A program made the translations under genes and the position numbers. The notes beneath the pieces were generated by a model. That model made no database searches, had not been told where the DNA came from, and saw only the letters and a list, made by a program, of their open reading frames with translations. Shown piece by piece: positions 25,339 through 37,995 of a stretch of 64,000 nucleotides of DNA; the stretch's first letter is position 1; every line of letters starts with the position of its first letter. Source of the DNA: the human T2T-CHM13v2.0 reference genome, Homo sapiens; assembly GCF_009914755.1 (NCBI RefSeq), contig NC_060926.1; one strand, 5' to 3'.

Positions 25339-28024
25339 CAATGGTGACCCCATGACAATGTGGCCAGGTTTAGAGCTGGCATGCCCCTTCCCTTGTGTCA
25401 GGAGATGGCCTTGGACTTGGGGAGCAGGGCCTCTGGAGCACCCTGGTGCCAGCTAAGGGCCTCTGAGCCTGGCCCAGGCCCGAGAGGAATTCAAGATGGC
25501 CAAAGAGATGCAGAGGCAGGGCCTGCCCTGGCAGGGGCCTCCTTCTGCTCTAGGGAACAGACTTAGATGAGGGGCCGACCCACAGTTATTGATTCAAAAA
25601 GTAACCTCGGCCCATGTGGGGATGGTGTCATTTCTGGGTTTTTTCCCTTTATGTGGAGACAAGGAAAGGGCAGAACAATCGTGGAAAAATTCCAGGAAAT
25701 AATTCTCAGTGTGTGAGTCCTTCAGAGAGGCATTTTCTTCCGAGTAGCAGCTTCCTGCTCTCAATAGAGGCCCCATCAGGGTCCCAGGGACCCACTCTGG
25801 GTCTTCAGCACCTGCGTCTGAGACCTGTGATAGGGAGTGAGCTCTGCAGTAATGTCCGGGGAGCTGTTGTCTCTGGGAATTGCCTTCAGTCAGGTGAAGT
25901 CGCCTTGCCCCAGGCTACTCCCCTGCCTGGGGGGCAGCTCTTGGCCGGCGATGGACCCAGAGCCACCCCCACATTGGGCTGGGGCAACCCCAATGCACCC
26001 TCACCGGATTTCAGAGGCCTCTGTCACTGTGACGCAGCAGCCCCATTCTCCCTGCCCCACCCACGCCCTGGTGTGATCAACGATTCACAAACCTCTCGCC
26101 TCAGAGTCTAACCTAAGATGAGGATCCGCCCCAGCAACCTCATCTCATTTATTCTTTTGATTAATTTATATCGAAAAGAATACTGTTCAGAGGGGCACGT
26201 GAAGCTTTTCGTCTCATCAGCACCGGAGAGGATTTCCACTCCAGAAAGGGCCTGAGAGGTGACGTAGTCCAAATCCCCAGTGTTACAGAAACTGAGGCCT
26301 AGAGAGAGTGAGTCGCTCCGGGGACACCTGGATTCTGGAGCCTGCTCCTGGATATACAGGTGGGGGCTGGGGGCTTGGACGTGTTGGGGCTGCCCTGCAG
26401 GACAGGAAATGGGTGGTCCAGGAGATGTCTGAAGCATGGGACCCTGGACTGAGACCACAGAGGCAGAGAGACGTCCCCACAGCCTGAGAGGTGCGGAAAG
26501 CGCCTGTGGAGCCATCTGGTCTGTCACAGCTCCACAGGGCCAGAGGGCCCTGCTCCCGGGATAGGCAGGCAGGATGAGAGCCCGGCAGCACCGGGCCACA
26601 CGCTGCACCGTGTGTGGATGCCTGGAGCTGTCAACAGCCCGTCAGCAGATCCGTCTCAGAGGAGTCCAGCACCCGCCCACAGTCACGCAACTGGGGATGG
26701 ATGGAGCTGGAATTTGGGATGGACTACTGGCCTTCGAAGCTGATGGCTGCACCCCACACCATTCAGGTGGGGTCCTGGAGCTCTGGAGGGCTCCACAGCC
26801 TGGGGAGGTCTCCCCATCCAGCTGCCTCCTTGTTTCCCACAGCTGAGGGAGGCAGCCCCGGCCTTGAGGTGCAGGGGGAGTTCCATGCTCAACCCCACAG
26901 CTAAGGGTGGTGGCCTGAGGGTCCTTGCAGGCCTCAGTGTCCGGGTGTTGGCTGTAGCAGAGGACACACCTGGCCCTGCAGGAGATGTGGTCAGTGATGG
27001 TGCATCTCTGTGGGCTGAGTGACCCGGCCCCACTCAGGTGGTACCTGAGCCTCGGGGGGTGACCCGCCTGCCCACATCATCAGGCAGGCCCCAGAGAGGG
27101 CAGCAGCTCCATGTGCATGACAGCACTCGGCCCAGTGGGGATGGCCAAAGTCCAGCTGAGGTGACACCATGCCCTCCCATGAGAAATACCTGGACACTGG
27201 GGCATTGAGGGGTGGGGAGGGGCGCTGAAGGGCTGGCACATGGGGGAAGACGGCTGTCATTCTCCTGTCTGGTGTGTGATAGGGCCATGGAGTGGGGGCT
27301 GGGCATCGGAGAGGCACGGCCTCCTGCTTTCCAGCTGGCAGAAGGTGGACAGGGACGGTGGCCAGCACAGACGAGGGGCAGGTGGAGAAGGCGGGCGCAG
27401 CAAAGTGGACAGATTGTGGCCCATGTCTCTAATACATGGAAGGGAAAGGAGGGACACATGGACACTTCCAAGCGGGAGGTCTCTTCTCAAGGGCTGGGAC
27501 TTGTGTGTCCAGAAAGCCTCCTGCTCTGTCCTAGAACTGCAGTGCAGGGATGCGTTTGCCTTGCAGGTCCCACTGGGGGCCCAGAGAAGCACGCACAGCC
27601 TGAAGGCCCTGGGAGCGGCTGCTGGGCCCAGGACAAGGCTTTCGTGAGGATGTCAGGCCTGCTTTCCAGGGCCAACTGCCAGCTCCACAGTGGTACCTCT
27701 TGCACCCTGTGATTTGCATGCCTTAGGAAACGCCCTGCCCTCTACTGTACTTGTGGAAACTGCTTTCAGGGGACATTAAAGGTGGCAGAGGACTCAAGGG
27801 CATGAGGCTGTAGCACACTCCCCTGGATGAGTCCCAGCTGCCCTGGGACTTGGGAACTGCAGTGCCTTGCCCCAGGGTCACCAGCTGTCAGGTGCAACAC
27901 TGGGACCTCTAGACCTCCAACTCCAGGCTCCTCTGTGGCTCTTCCAAGTTGTCCTGCCCAGAACACTGAGGGGCCACTGCCCACCTCCTGATTGCTCTTG
28001 CCCTAGGCACCAGGCCCTTGCTTG

Positions 28025-28508
28025 TGCAGCTGTGTGTGAGTGAGCATGTGTGTGTGATCATGCGAGTGAGCAAGTGTGTGTGTGACTGTGTGCGCATGAG
28101 CGTGCATAAGTGTATGAGCATGTGTGTGTGCATGTGTGCATGTGTGAGAGTGCATGTGAGTGTGTGTGAGCATTGTGAGTGTACGTGTGAGTGTGCTTGA
28201 CTGCATGAGTGTGCATGTGTGAGCATGTGTGTGCATGTGTGTGCATGTGAGTGTGCATAAGTGTAAGCGTGTGTGTGAGCATTGTGAGTGTACTTGTGTG
28301 AGTGTCCAGGACTGCATGAGTGTGCATAAGTGTGTGAGCATGTGTGTGCATGTGCGTAAACATGCATGTGAGCATGCATAAGTGTGTGAGCTGTGTGTGC
28401 ACGTGTGCATGTATGTGAGCATGCATGTGTGTGAGCATGTGCGAGTGTACGTGTGTGAGTGTGCATAACTGCATGAGCTTGCATGAGGGTGTGTGAGTGT
28501 GTGTGAGC
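28025..28508. repeat. Degenerate TG/CATG-rich tract
   Basis: Recurrent tgtgtgagcatg, gtgcataagtgt and gactgcatgagtgtgc units. Confidence 0.93.
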
Positions 28509-28539
28509 GAGCTCAGTCGCCAGCTGAGCAGCATCTGCA

Positions 28540-28649
28540 GTCACCTGTTTGGGTCCTGGAAGGGGTCACATGCCTAGGTCCTTGTTGGCTTCACCTGCCT
28601 GGTGGATAGTCCTGGTGTGGATGGGTCTTCTTCTTGGGTCCCTAAGCTA
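28540..28649 (+). repeat. 110-bp dispersed direct repeat, copy 1 (copy 2 at 30089-30198)
   Basis: Ungapped alignment with about 8 mismatches in 110 bp; offset 1549. Confidence 0.92.
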
Positions 28650-29975
28650 TTGTGCCACTTCTTGGGCGCTTGGTCCTCAGCTCTTGCCCGTGCTTTGCTC
28701 TGCTCTGCCATGCTGGGCTGGGCCGGGCCCTGCAAACCCTGTCTCTCCTTAGCCAGCTGCTCCGGGAGGCCGTGCCGAGAAAACTCACCCCGCCTATCTT
28801 GGCTTCTCTGAGCCTCTCCCCAGGAGCTCCTCTTGGCCGAGTTTAAGCCTCGGGAAGGCTGAGCTGCCGCTGTGTCCCCACTCTGTTGGAAGGAGACCTT
28901 GTTGCCCTGAGAATCCCGGGGCCAAGGACGGGACTCAGCAGGGAATTTTCTCCCCAGGAGCCAGGTGGGCATCTGCAGGTGTTTGCCTGCAGGGACTTGG
29001 CTAAAAGGAGCCATTGAGAGGTTGGGTTAATTGGCATCTTCCCACCCACCCGTAGGAGTTTTCTGGAGTGGGGTGCTCTGTAGGAGGTCATGACGCTCAT
29101 TTTCCCCTTGTTAATGCATCGCTGACTTAGCCTACCTGGGGAATGTGGGGTTGGCCCACTGTTTCCCAGCCATACCTGGGAATGTCTCGATCTGTGCCTT
29201 TCTGCCCTCGGATCCCAGTGCTTCTGCTCCTCCCCCTCCTGCCAATTGTGTGGGCACCCGACGCCTGTCTCCCCGCTGCCAGGAGAGGCTGATGCAGGTG
29301 GAGACAAGGCAGAGACAGGAGGAGGCCCCGAGTTTACAGCAGGTCAACAGCCCTGGGCAGTTACAGTCAGTCGATTGTGCCCACAGGTGCCATGCAGAAA
29401 CCTACCTGCAGTTCCGCCCTGAGTCCAGATGAGACTGCAGGAGCCTTCCTGGGAGAGGCGCTCATTTACCCAGAGGCTCTAGAATGGGGAGCAGGTTGCC
29501 TCAAACAGGCTGATGGGAGTGACTGGGCAGTGGGCACCAGGGGAGCCTGAGGAGGGAAGGGACACCTCTACCCTTGTGGGGCCATCTGAGTTGCCACATC
29601 ACACAGACCCTGAGCATAGAGGGCAGTCCTGGGAGGTGTAGGGAGCTGGCAATTAGGCTACATCCATCCCTGCCTTCAGCGCTCCGGAGCAGCTGGGGCC
29701 TCTCCTCATGCTAATTACAGGAATGTTAGCCCCAGCTACGGGGTGCCAGCACCCAGCAGGCCCTCTTCGTCCTGTGGCTACAGCTGCCTCCACCCTGGTG
29801 CAGCTTCAGGAGGGAGAAGGTGAGTGAGGGAGGAGTGGCGTCCATGCTGGCCAGAGCGCCGGAGTCCTGCCCACTATGTGGGCCATCAGGTGACAAGATC
29901 CTGCCAGCACCGGCGTGCGTGTGGACCGGCCATTTGCACCTTTGTGGTGCCTGGTGTGGATGACTTCATGGACCG

Positions 29976-30198
29976 CTGCCTGGGTCCCAGATGGGGTAAC
30001 CTGCCTGGGTCTGGAGGAGGTCACTTGTCTGAGACCTGGATGGGGCCACCTGAGTCTGGATGCAGCCTCCAGCCTGGGCCTGGGTGGGGTTACTTGTTTG
30101 GGTCCTGGAAGGGGTCATATGCCTAGGTCCTTGTTGGGTTCACCTGCCTGGTGGACAGCCCTGGTGTGGAAGGGTCTTCTTCCTGGGTCCCTAAGCTA
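29976..30198 (+). repeat. Degenerate ~24-bp minisatellite containing copy 2 of the 110-bp repeat
   Basis: Repeated 'ggtcacctgcctgggtcctgga'-like units (ggtaacctgcctgggtctgg, ggtcacttgtctgagacctgg, ggttacttgtttgggtcctgg, ggtcatatgcctaggtcc). Confidence 0.7.
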
Positions 30199-33053
30199 CC
30201 GTGACTCTGCTGCCTGTTCTATGATGGGTGCTCTTCCAGCTGGCTCCAGGGAATCCTCCTCACCCTGGGGTGAGAGCTGAGCATTTGACCTCACAAACTG
30301 AGCCCTGCAAAAGGCCTCTCAGACATGGGGGCCACACCCCTGCAGGGGCACTCCCGTCCGCTCCTCTGGGTCAACTGTTCACCCAGAGGGCAGCACTGTG
30401 CCCAGGACTCAGGGACTGGGTGAATCTGCCCCTGTAGGTGACAGTAAATTGCAGACGAGCCCGCAAGCCTGTTCCGGAGCCTGAGCAAAGAGGAACAGTT
30501 GTGTTTAAAGAAAGACTCGGCCTGTCGGAGGGGCGGTGCTCAGCTTGGGAATGAGGAATGTGAAGAGCCCGCCTGCGGCTAGTGTGGGGAGGGTGCTCTT
30601 GGAGACGGGCCCTCCAGCACCTCTTCCCCAGGGAACACGGAGGCACTTGCTCATCTCTTGGCAGGCTCAGGGCCCACAGCTGAGATCAGGGCTGTGCAGA
30701 CCCGGACACAAGCCCGTGAGGACAACACAGCCCCACTGCGACCCCCATCAGCTGGGCGGACATCAGAAGACAGTAATGCAGCTCCCTGCGATGTGGCCTG
30801 CCCGTGAGGTAAGGGAGGTCTCAGGGACACCTGGCTCCACCACAGCGATGGGAAGCTTCTCCATGGAAGTGACTCCCATCTGAAGTCCCACCCATGGTCT
30901 GCTGTAATTCTGCGCCCACATCAGCACCATGGCCTTCCAAGCCTGTACGTCAGTCTCCTGAGTTTGGCTGATGAGGCTGACCTGAAAGACAGGGCCTGGC
31001 TCTCAATCTGTGGGAAGAGGTCCAGCCTCTGAACCTGCAGGATTGAGCCCTTGGGTGTCGAGGCCTTGCTATGGTCAAGCATGTGATGAACATGCCCAGA
31101 GTAGCAGGGGTGGCAGGCCCCAGGGTACAGCTGCTGGTGTTCAGGCATAGCGGGTGGCCAAGGCCTGCCTTGCCCTGTGGGGCTCCCACGGCCTCTGATG
31201 GTCAGCACTCCCTGTGCAGCAAGCAGCTGGCCCACACCAGCCCTCCTCTGTCAGCCCCTTGGCTGGCCGGCCTGGCCTCCCCATCCTGCAGTGAGAAGGT
31301 GGAGGCCGCGTGGCCCCAGGTGTGCGCCAAGGCTGAGATTCCCAGTCCTCTCTGCCTCCCCGTGCATCCAGGGCTGGAGCCATGATGCAGGCTGAACCCC
31401 GAGGGAAGTGCCCACCCCGTCTGGCTCAGTGCCCTCTGCAGTTCGTGAGGGCTCAGGACATTGTCTGACCATGGTGCTTGTTTTACCAGGCACAGGTCTG
31501 AGATAGACAGCAGAGGAGCACACACGGCCGGAGGGCATAAGCCAGCAAGGAAGTTTTCTTGCTTCATTTTACCCGGGCCTAACGAGCCGTCTGCCACTCA
31601 CGAACAAAAGCCCAGGGTTCCCAGACAGGCTCGCACCTGCTGGGAGGGCCAGGCCCTGTGCAGGGCAGAGTGCTTCTGTGCCGAGCCCTGAGGGGCCCAC
31701 TGTGCTTCTGGAGGGGAGGTTATGGGGAGCCAGCACCCGACAGGCCATCCTCATCCTCTGGCTGCCTGAGCCCCTGGCCAGGGCACCCACTTCTCACAGA
31801 GAGCACCCTCCACCCGGGTGCAGCATCAGGTGGGTGTCGGGTGAGTGAGGAGAGAGTGCAGCCGGGCCAGAGCGGCAGAGTCCTGTCTGCCATGTGGGTC
31901 ACCAGGTGACAGGGTCCTGCTAGCACCTGCGTGTATGTGGTCCAGCCGTTTATCTCGGGTGAGCTCACCTCCACCCACACCCTCACCCCTGGGCTCCTTG
32001 CACCTGCCCTTTCTTGTTGTTCAGTGGCTGCCTCAGTGATGGGCCGCTGGTGCTTCCCGGGCACCTCGCAGATGTCCATTCATCTGACCCCTAGGACAAC
32101 CCACACTCTCATTACCCAGTTCTACAAATAGGCAGCTGGGGCTCAGAGCAGCCGAGGCCCTCCCCACCTCAGGCTGCTCACCTGTGGAACAGGCTCACAG
32201 CACTGGCCTCAGAGGGCCACTCAGAGCAATGGCAAGCAGGAGCACTCCACAGCCTTGCGGGCAGCACTGCAGCTCCACGTCTGCCTGAGCATCCTGGCGT
32301 CTGGGATTAAAAGGGCTGAAGAGCCTGCCTGTTTGAGACTCCTCCCCGAGATGCCCCCACCCTGTGATTTTCAAGGGCAATGAGTGGAGGGGCACCTTGG
32401 CTTTGCAGGACGCCCAGCTGGGCACAAACGCAAAGGAGCCAGGTGTCCAGTGGGCCTCCCGTCTTCCTGGCTGCTTCGCAGAAGGGAGCCAACAGGCAGT
32501 GACTGCTTTAGCATCCAACTCTGCCCTGGGCCTTTGAGTTCAGCACCAGCAAGTCCAGCTCTCCTCCTCCTCGCGGCGTAGCTCTGGCGGCGCTCCATCA
32601 ATGCTGGTGGAAAGAGTCCCAGGAGGATGACTGGGGCTGAGGTCGGCCATCACGGGCCTGCTCCCTGTGCACAGGCAGGGACAGTTGTCCGAGAGGCGCT
32701 GGGCTGTCTCTGCCGAGCCCCGGCCCCAGCACGCGCTCTCCCGGCTGGAACTGTTACTACGCAGGAGGGGAACATGCGTGTGTGTGGAGGGGGACCTGTG
32801 AGCGGAGGATGTAGAGAGACAGCTGAGAACTGTGAGACAGCGCCAGTCCCCAAGGCCCCAGTGGCTGTGTGGAGGTCAGAGGTGCTGCCGTGTGGTCCCG
32901 TCTCATGGAGACAGTGGCCGTGCTCCTGACCCCAGGCCAGTGCCTGCAGCCCCTTCCTTCCTTGCCTGCCTGATCACACAAGCATTAGCAAGATGATTCT
33001 GCTCCTGTCTTGAAAAGTGTTCTTTCAGCACGGACCTCCGTCTGTTACGTTCA

Positions 33054-33163
33054 GAAACGACATGACTCTCATCACCCATGAAACGACGGGGCTCTCATCA
33101 CCCATGAAACGACGTGGCTCTCATCACCCATGAAACGATGGGACTCTCATCACCCATGAAACG
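33054..33163. repeat. 26-bp minisatellite, about 4 copies
   Basis: Invariant 20-mer ctctcatcacccatgaaacg at 33066, 33092, 33118 and 33144. Confidence 0.95.
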
Positions 33164-34651
33164 CGATCATTACTGGGCAGTTTTCTCCCCTCTCCAGCAC
33201 AGACCCAGCCACGGGCCAGGAGGTTGATCAGGCTCAGAGGTTTGATCTAATCTCACAGGGGCAGTCTGGGGCTGGCGTTCAGGTGCCATCGGGCATGGGG
33301 CTGAGGTGTGAAGCAGCTTGTGAATTCACTGGCTGAAACCAGTTCTGCCCAGACCTTCTCACCAGATCAAGACCTTCCTGCGATTTTCATTTTGTCACAC
33401 TCAGCATCAGTTTTTCAAACTCTTGGGTCCTTAATGTTCCTAATGCCCTGCCTGACAACTGCCTGACACCTGCCCATGGAACGTTCCCTTATGTTGAGAA
33501 AAAGGTCGGAGAACCGCCAACGCGGCCGGGAGACCAGGCCAGGTGGGTCGGGCCCCTGGAGCTCTGGGTGGGCTCAGCCTCCTGCAGGACCTGGGGCCTG
33601 CTGTGGGTGGGGGAAGCTCCAGCCAGCTCCGAGGGTCCCCTGGGGGCTGCGGGGTCTAACCTGAGGGCGGGGCTGTCTGAATCCCAGGGGAAGCCTGTCG
33701 GGATCCCAGGGCACCTTCGGTCCTTCGTACGTGGGGAAACCTGGCCTCTCACAAGCGCTTCCCCTGCTGCTAGGACCTGAGGAGCACCGGGTGGGGCAGA
33801 GGGAGGCGGGGTGGGGCCACCTCCTTTCCAGTCCTACCTTTGAGCTGTGTGACTTTGAACAGCAGCTCAGCCCTTTGGGACAGTCCTGCTCGTGGGGTGG
33901 GGTTGAAGGAGATCAGGCCAGTGGGTATTTGGAGACACACCCTGTCCCAGGGCCTTCTGGCAGAGAGGTTGGTGAGGCCGTGGGCAGGGAGGTGCTACCT
34001 GAGGAGGAGGACGGGTCCAACTCCTAGCCCCAAAGCCTCAGGCAGGCACTGCCACAGGTGAGCATAGGCCCTGCCAGGCTGGTCAGCTCTGAGCCATGTG
34101 CCAGAGGCCAGGGCAGCCCTCGGGGTGGCAAGGGAAAGGGGTTCTCAGCTGGGGTGCCCTGGCTCAGGGGTTCCACCCTGACCCGCTGACACTCCGCTTC
34201 CCGGGGTCCTTGGGGATGAGAACTTCCCTGCCTGGGATCATTGCTGCTGGCGTTGGAAGGGACCGTGTCATTAAAGCTCTTTCTTGATCCCTGGGTGAGG
34301 TAGAAAGAAATCTGGGGGCCTGGGGTGAGGCTGGATTTACAGGGTGGTGTGCCGGGCTCACTCTGGAGCTTCCTCCAGTGGTGCAGGAAGCCGAGGTGCA
34401 GGAGGCAGGCTTGGAGGGCTGCTGGTGTGGATGGGACCCCAAGCTGATGGAGAAGGTGGGTGGTTAGCCCTGACTGCGGCTCTCCAAACAGACTGAGACC
34501 AGCCCCAGCCCCTTCAGCCCTCTACCCTGGACATCACATGGGCTTCCTGCTTCTCCATTTCCCCAGCATCAAATGGAGGCCGTGAGTTTACCCAGTCGGC
34601 TTCAGAGGCGTCCACGGGAAGAAAGCTGTGACCACCACTGGAGGAAGCAGC

Positions 34652-35080
34652 ACTGCAGCCACGACCGTGTGCTCCTCACAGGCTCTGCACCTTCTCCAAC
34701 TGCTGTGTGACCTTGGGGAGTTCCCCTGACGTCTCTGTGCGGTACTGCAGCCACGACCGTGTGCTCCTCACAGGCTCTGCACCTTCTCCAACTGCTGTGT
34801 GACCTTGGGGAGTTCCCCTGACCTCTCTGTGCGGTACTGCAGCCACGACCGTGTGCTCCTCACAGGCTCTGCACCTTCTCCAACTGCTGTGTGACCTTGG
34901 GGAGTTCCCCTGAACTTGACCTCTCTGTGCGGTACTGCAGCCACGACTGTGTGCTCCTCATGGGGCTCTGCACCTTCTCCAACCGCTGTGTGACCTTGGG
35001 GAGTTCCCCTGACCTCTCTGTGCGGTACTGCAGCCACGACTGTGTGCTCCTCATGGGGCTCTGCACCTTCTCCAACAGCT
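34652..35080. repeat. 92-bp minisatellite, about 4.5 copies, MIR-derived
   Basis: Units start at 34652, 34744, 34836, 34934 and 35027 (lengths 92, 92, 98, 93). Each complete unit has 'gctgtgtgaccttggggagttcccctga...tctctgtgc'. Confidence 0.96.
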
Positions 35081-35104
35081 GTTAGGGAGTTCAGAACTGC
35101 AACA

Positions 35105-35255
35105 GAACTTGGGGAGTTCCCCTGCCCTCTCTGTGCGGAGGCTTCTTTGTCTGCACAAGGGGAATAATACTATGGTCCATGAGATATTGTGTGTAAAGCC
35201 TCGGCACCACACCTGGGGCTTCATCTGTGCTCAAAAAGTTAGATATTGTCGTTTT
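35105..35255 (+). mobile_element. MIR 3' portion continuing from the 92-bp array
   Basis: 'cctctctgtgcggaggcttctttgtctgcacaagggggaataatac...gtgtaaagcctcggcaccacacctgggg...tgctcaaaaagttagatattg'. Confidence 0.6.
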
Positions 35256-36160
35256 ACTTATGCTGATAATTATGTCTCTTTTCTCCCACATCTGTCTACC
35301 TCACATCTGGTCCTGCCCGACGGTCTTATCGCTTCATCGATGGTAGGTTCTGGATTCCCCATTGCTCCCCCTGGCCCTGCTCCAGCCTCTGCGGGTCTCT
35401 CTGCTTCCCGGCTGGGTGACCTCTCCTGCTTTGTTTCTGCTGGTCTCTGCAGCCAGGCTCCCAGCCCCTGTCCTATCTTCCTGAGTCCTGCCCTTCCTCA
35501 AGGGTCTCATTGCCTTTCCTAATTGTATCCTCATCCCAACAGGATCACCACCCACCCCTGGATGTCCACAGTCATTGTCCTGCCCGCCCTGGACACTGCC
35601 TGCTTTGCATTGCGATCATGACACCCAAGATGTGGCTCCCACAGAGTCCCATGGGATTCGTCCTTGATTCATTCCTGAGCTTTTCCCACCATGGGGTTTG
35701 GGGGAGCATCTGCTGGTGAAGCCAGGAAGCAGGGAGACGACGGAGGAACAGTGGAACAAGAAGAGGGAAGCTTGGGCCTGGAGGGTGTGTGGGCCTTCAT
35801 CTCAGCCCCAGAGTGCATCTTGTGGGTCGTGGAGGGCGTTGGGGTCCTGTTTGGGTTTAAGTAGACCAATCACCAGGTGCCCGCCTGTTTACATTCCAAT
35901 GTGCGGTGCATTCACTCAGACCTCGGCCAGGCTCCTGGTGGCCACTGGGAGCGCACTCCTGGCTCCAGTGGGCCTTCCAGACCCCAGGGCTGAGCAGTGA
36001 CCCCCTGTGCCCTCCAGAGCGCTGACTCTTCTGTGCCAAGGCTGCTGGGAAGGAAGGACCCAGGGTACGGGTAAGGTGTGACCCCCATATGCCAAACGTG
36101 TTTCCCTACAGAGAAGACTACAGCAGAGTTTGGAGGAGGGTTGTGGTCATGAGACAGACG

Positions 36161-36284
36161 GGAAGGGCTCACACTCAGAAACATGCAATCAGGCAGGGCA
36201 GAGATGCGGGCAGCAGGACTGGCCACTGGCCCCAATAGGTGCTGGTGAGCTGGGCAGACACTCGAGGTCTTCTTCCCACCCTCC
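36161..36284 (+). repeat. 124-bp dispersed direct repeat, copy 1 (copy 2 at 41009-41132)
   Basis: Shared 'gcgggcagcaggactggccactggcccc(a/g)ataggtgctggtgagctgggcagacactcg(a/g)ggtcttc'; offset 4848. Confidence 0.93.
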
Positions 36285-36570
36285 TTCCTCCCCTCCACCT
36301 CCCACCCTCCACCTCCCACCCTCCACCTCCCACCCTCCACCTCCCACCTCCCACCCTCCCACTCCACCCCCAACCCTCCTTCCTCCCCTCCACCTCTCAC
36401 CTTTCACCTCCCACCCTCCACCTACAACCTCACCCTCCCACCCTCCACCTGCCACCTTCCTTCCTCCCTCCACCCTCCACCCTCTCCTTCCTCCACCTTC
36501 TACCTTCAACCTTCCTTCCTATCCTCCACCTTCACCCTCTACCATCCTTGCTGCCCTCCAGCCTCCTCCC
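36285..36570. repeat. C-rich tract with 14-bp unit ccctccacctccca
   Basis: Four exact units at 36291-36346, then degenerate C/T/A-rich sequence. Confidence 0.9.
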
Positions 36571-37109
36571 TGCCAGGCCAGTGAGGCACCCATCCTGCCT
36601 CCTTGGACCCACAGGGAATTCTCCAGAGCCTCTCCAGAGCACGGACCTGGAGGGATACAAGCCGGCTCCTGCAAGGGGACACACACAGGTTTCCCTCCTC
36701 AAGTTCTCCCATGCTGGGTGGCTTCCTAAAGGCATGGGCTCTGACCCCAAGAGTCCTTGGGTGATGCCTGAGCCTCATGCTGGGCACAGCTGTGAACCAC
36801 CGGGGTGGCAGGGGTGGTCACGTTGGCAATGCCTCCTGTGCTCCTCCAACCCTCCTGAAGCGGGTGAGAGTGCTCCCTGCTCTCAGGACCTCTGACCAGC
36901 ATGGGGCAAAACCCAGAGCTCCACCTGGGGACCCTGTGTTTCCCCGGCACCCTCGAGGCTTGGGAGCCCCCAGCACTGAGCTCTCTCATTCCCACTCCCC
37001 AGTCAAAAGAAGGAAGAAGGATTCATGCTCGGGAACCCTGCAGCCTGGGAGGGTGGGGAGGGACACTGGCCTCACCTGGCAGACCTGCAGCAGAAGGACA
37101 CTCAAGTCC

Positions 37110-37995
37110 AGGGCCCTGGAACAGGAAACGGAGGAGTCCAGGCCCCTGGAATAGTGAACGGGGTGTCCAGACCCCTGGAATAGTGAGTGGGGGTGTCAGG
37201 GCCGACCACTAGTGAGTGGAGTTCAGGCCCCTGGAATACTGAGTAGAGGAGTCCAGGGGTCTGGATTGGTGAACTGAGGAGTCCACGGCCCCTGGAATAG
37301 TGAACGCAGGAGTTCAGGGCCCTGGAATAGTGAGTAGAGGAGTTCAGGACCCTGGAATATTGAGTGGAGGGGTTAAGGGCCCTGGAATAGCGAGTGGAGG
37401 GGTTCAGGGCCCTGGAATAGTGAGTGGAGGAGTCCAGGGCCCTGGAATAGGGAGTGGAGGGGCTCAGGGCCCTGGAATAGGGAGTGGAGGAGTTCAGGAC
37501 CCTGGAATAGTGAGTGGAGGGGTTCAGGACCCTGGAATAGTGAGTGGAGGGGTTCAGGACCCTGGAATAGTGAGTGGAGGGGTTCAGGGCCTTGGAACAC
37601 TGAATGGAGGAGTTCAGGGCCCTGGAATAGGGAGTGGAGGAGTTCAGAGCCCTGGAATAGGGAGTGGAGGAGTCCAGGGCCCTGGAATAGGGAGTGGAGG
37701 GGCTCAGGGCCCTGGAATAGTGAGTGGAGGGGTTCAGGACCCTGGAATAGTGAGTGGAGGGGTTCAGGACCCTGGAATAGTGAGTGGAGGGGTTCAGGAC
37801 CCTGGAATAGTGAGTGGAGGGGTTCAGGACCCTGGAATAGTGAATGGAGGAGTCCAGGACCCTGGAATAGTGAGTGGAGGGGTTCAGGGCCTTGGAACAC
37901 TGAATGGAGGAGTTCAGGGCCCTGGAATAAGGAGTGGAGGAGTTCAGAGCCCTGGAATAGGGAGTGGAGGGGTTCAGGACCCTGGAATAGTGAAC
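37110..37995. repeat. 30-bp minisatellite (cctggaatagtgagtggaggggttcagggc), about 29 copies
   Basis: 24 unit starts in exact 30-bp register from 37291 to 37981, plus degenerate copies from ~37110. Confidence 0.98.

Noticed and set aside
33054-33163. Mini CRISPR-like repeat/spacer pattern
   Set aside because: The linkers are 6 nt and related to each other, so this is an ordinary minisatellite.
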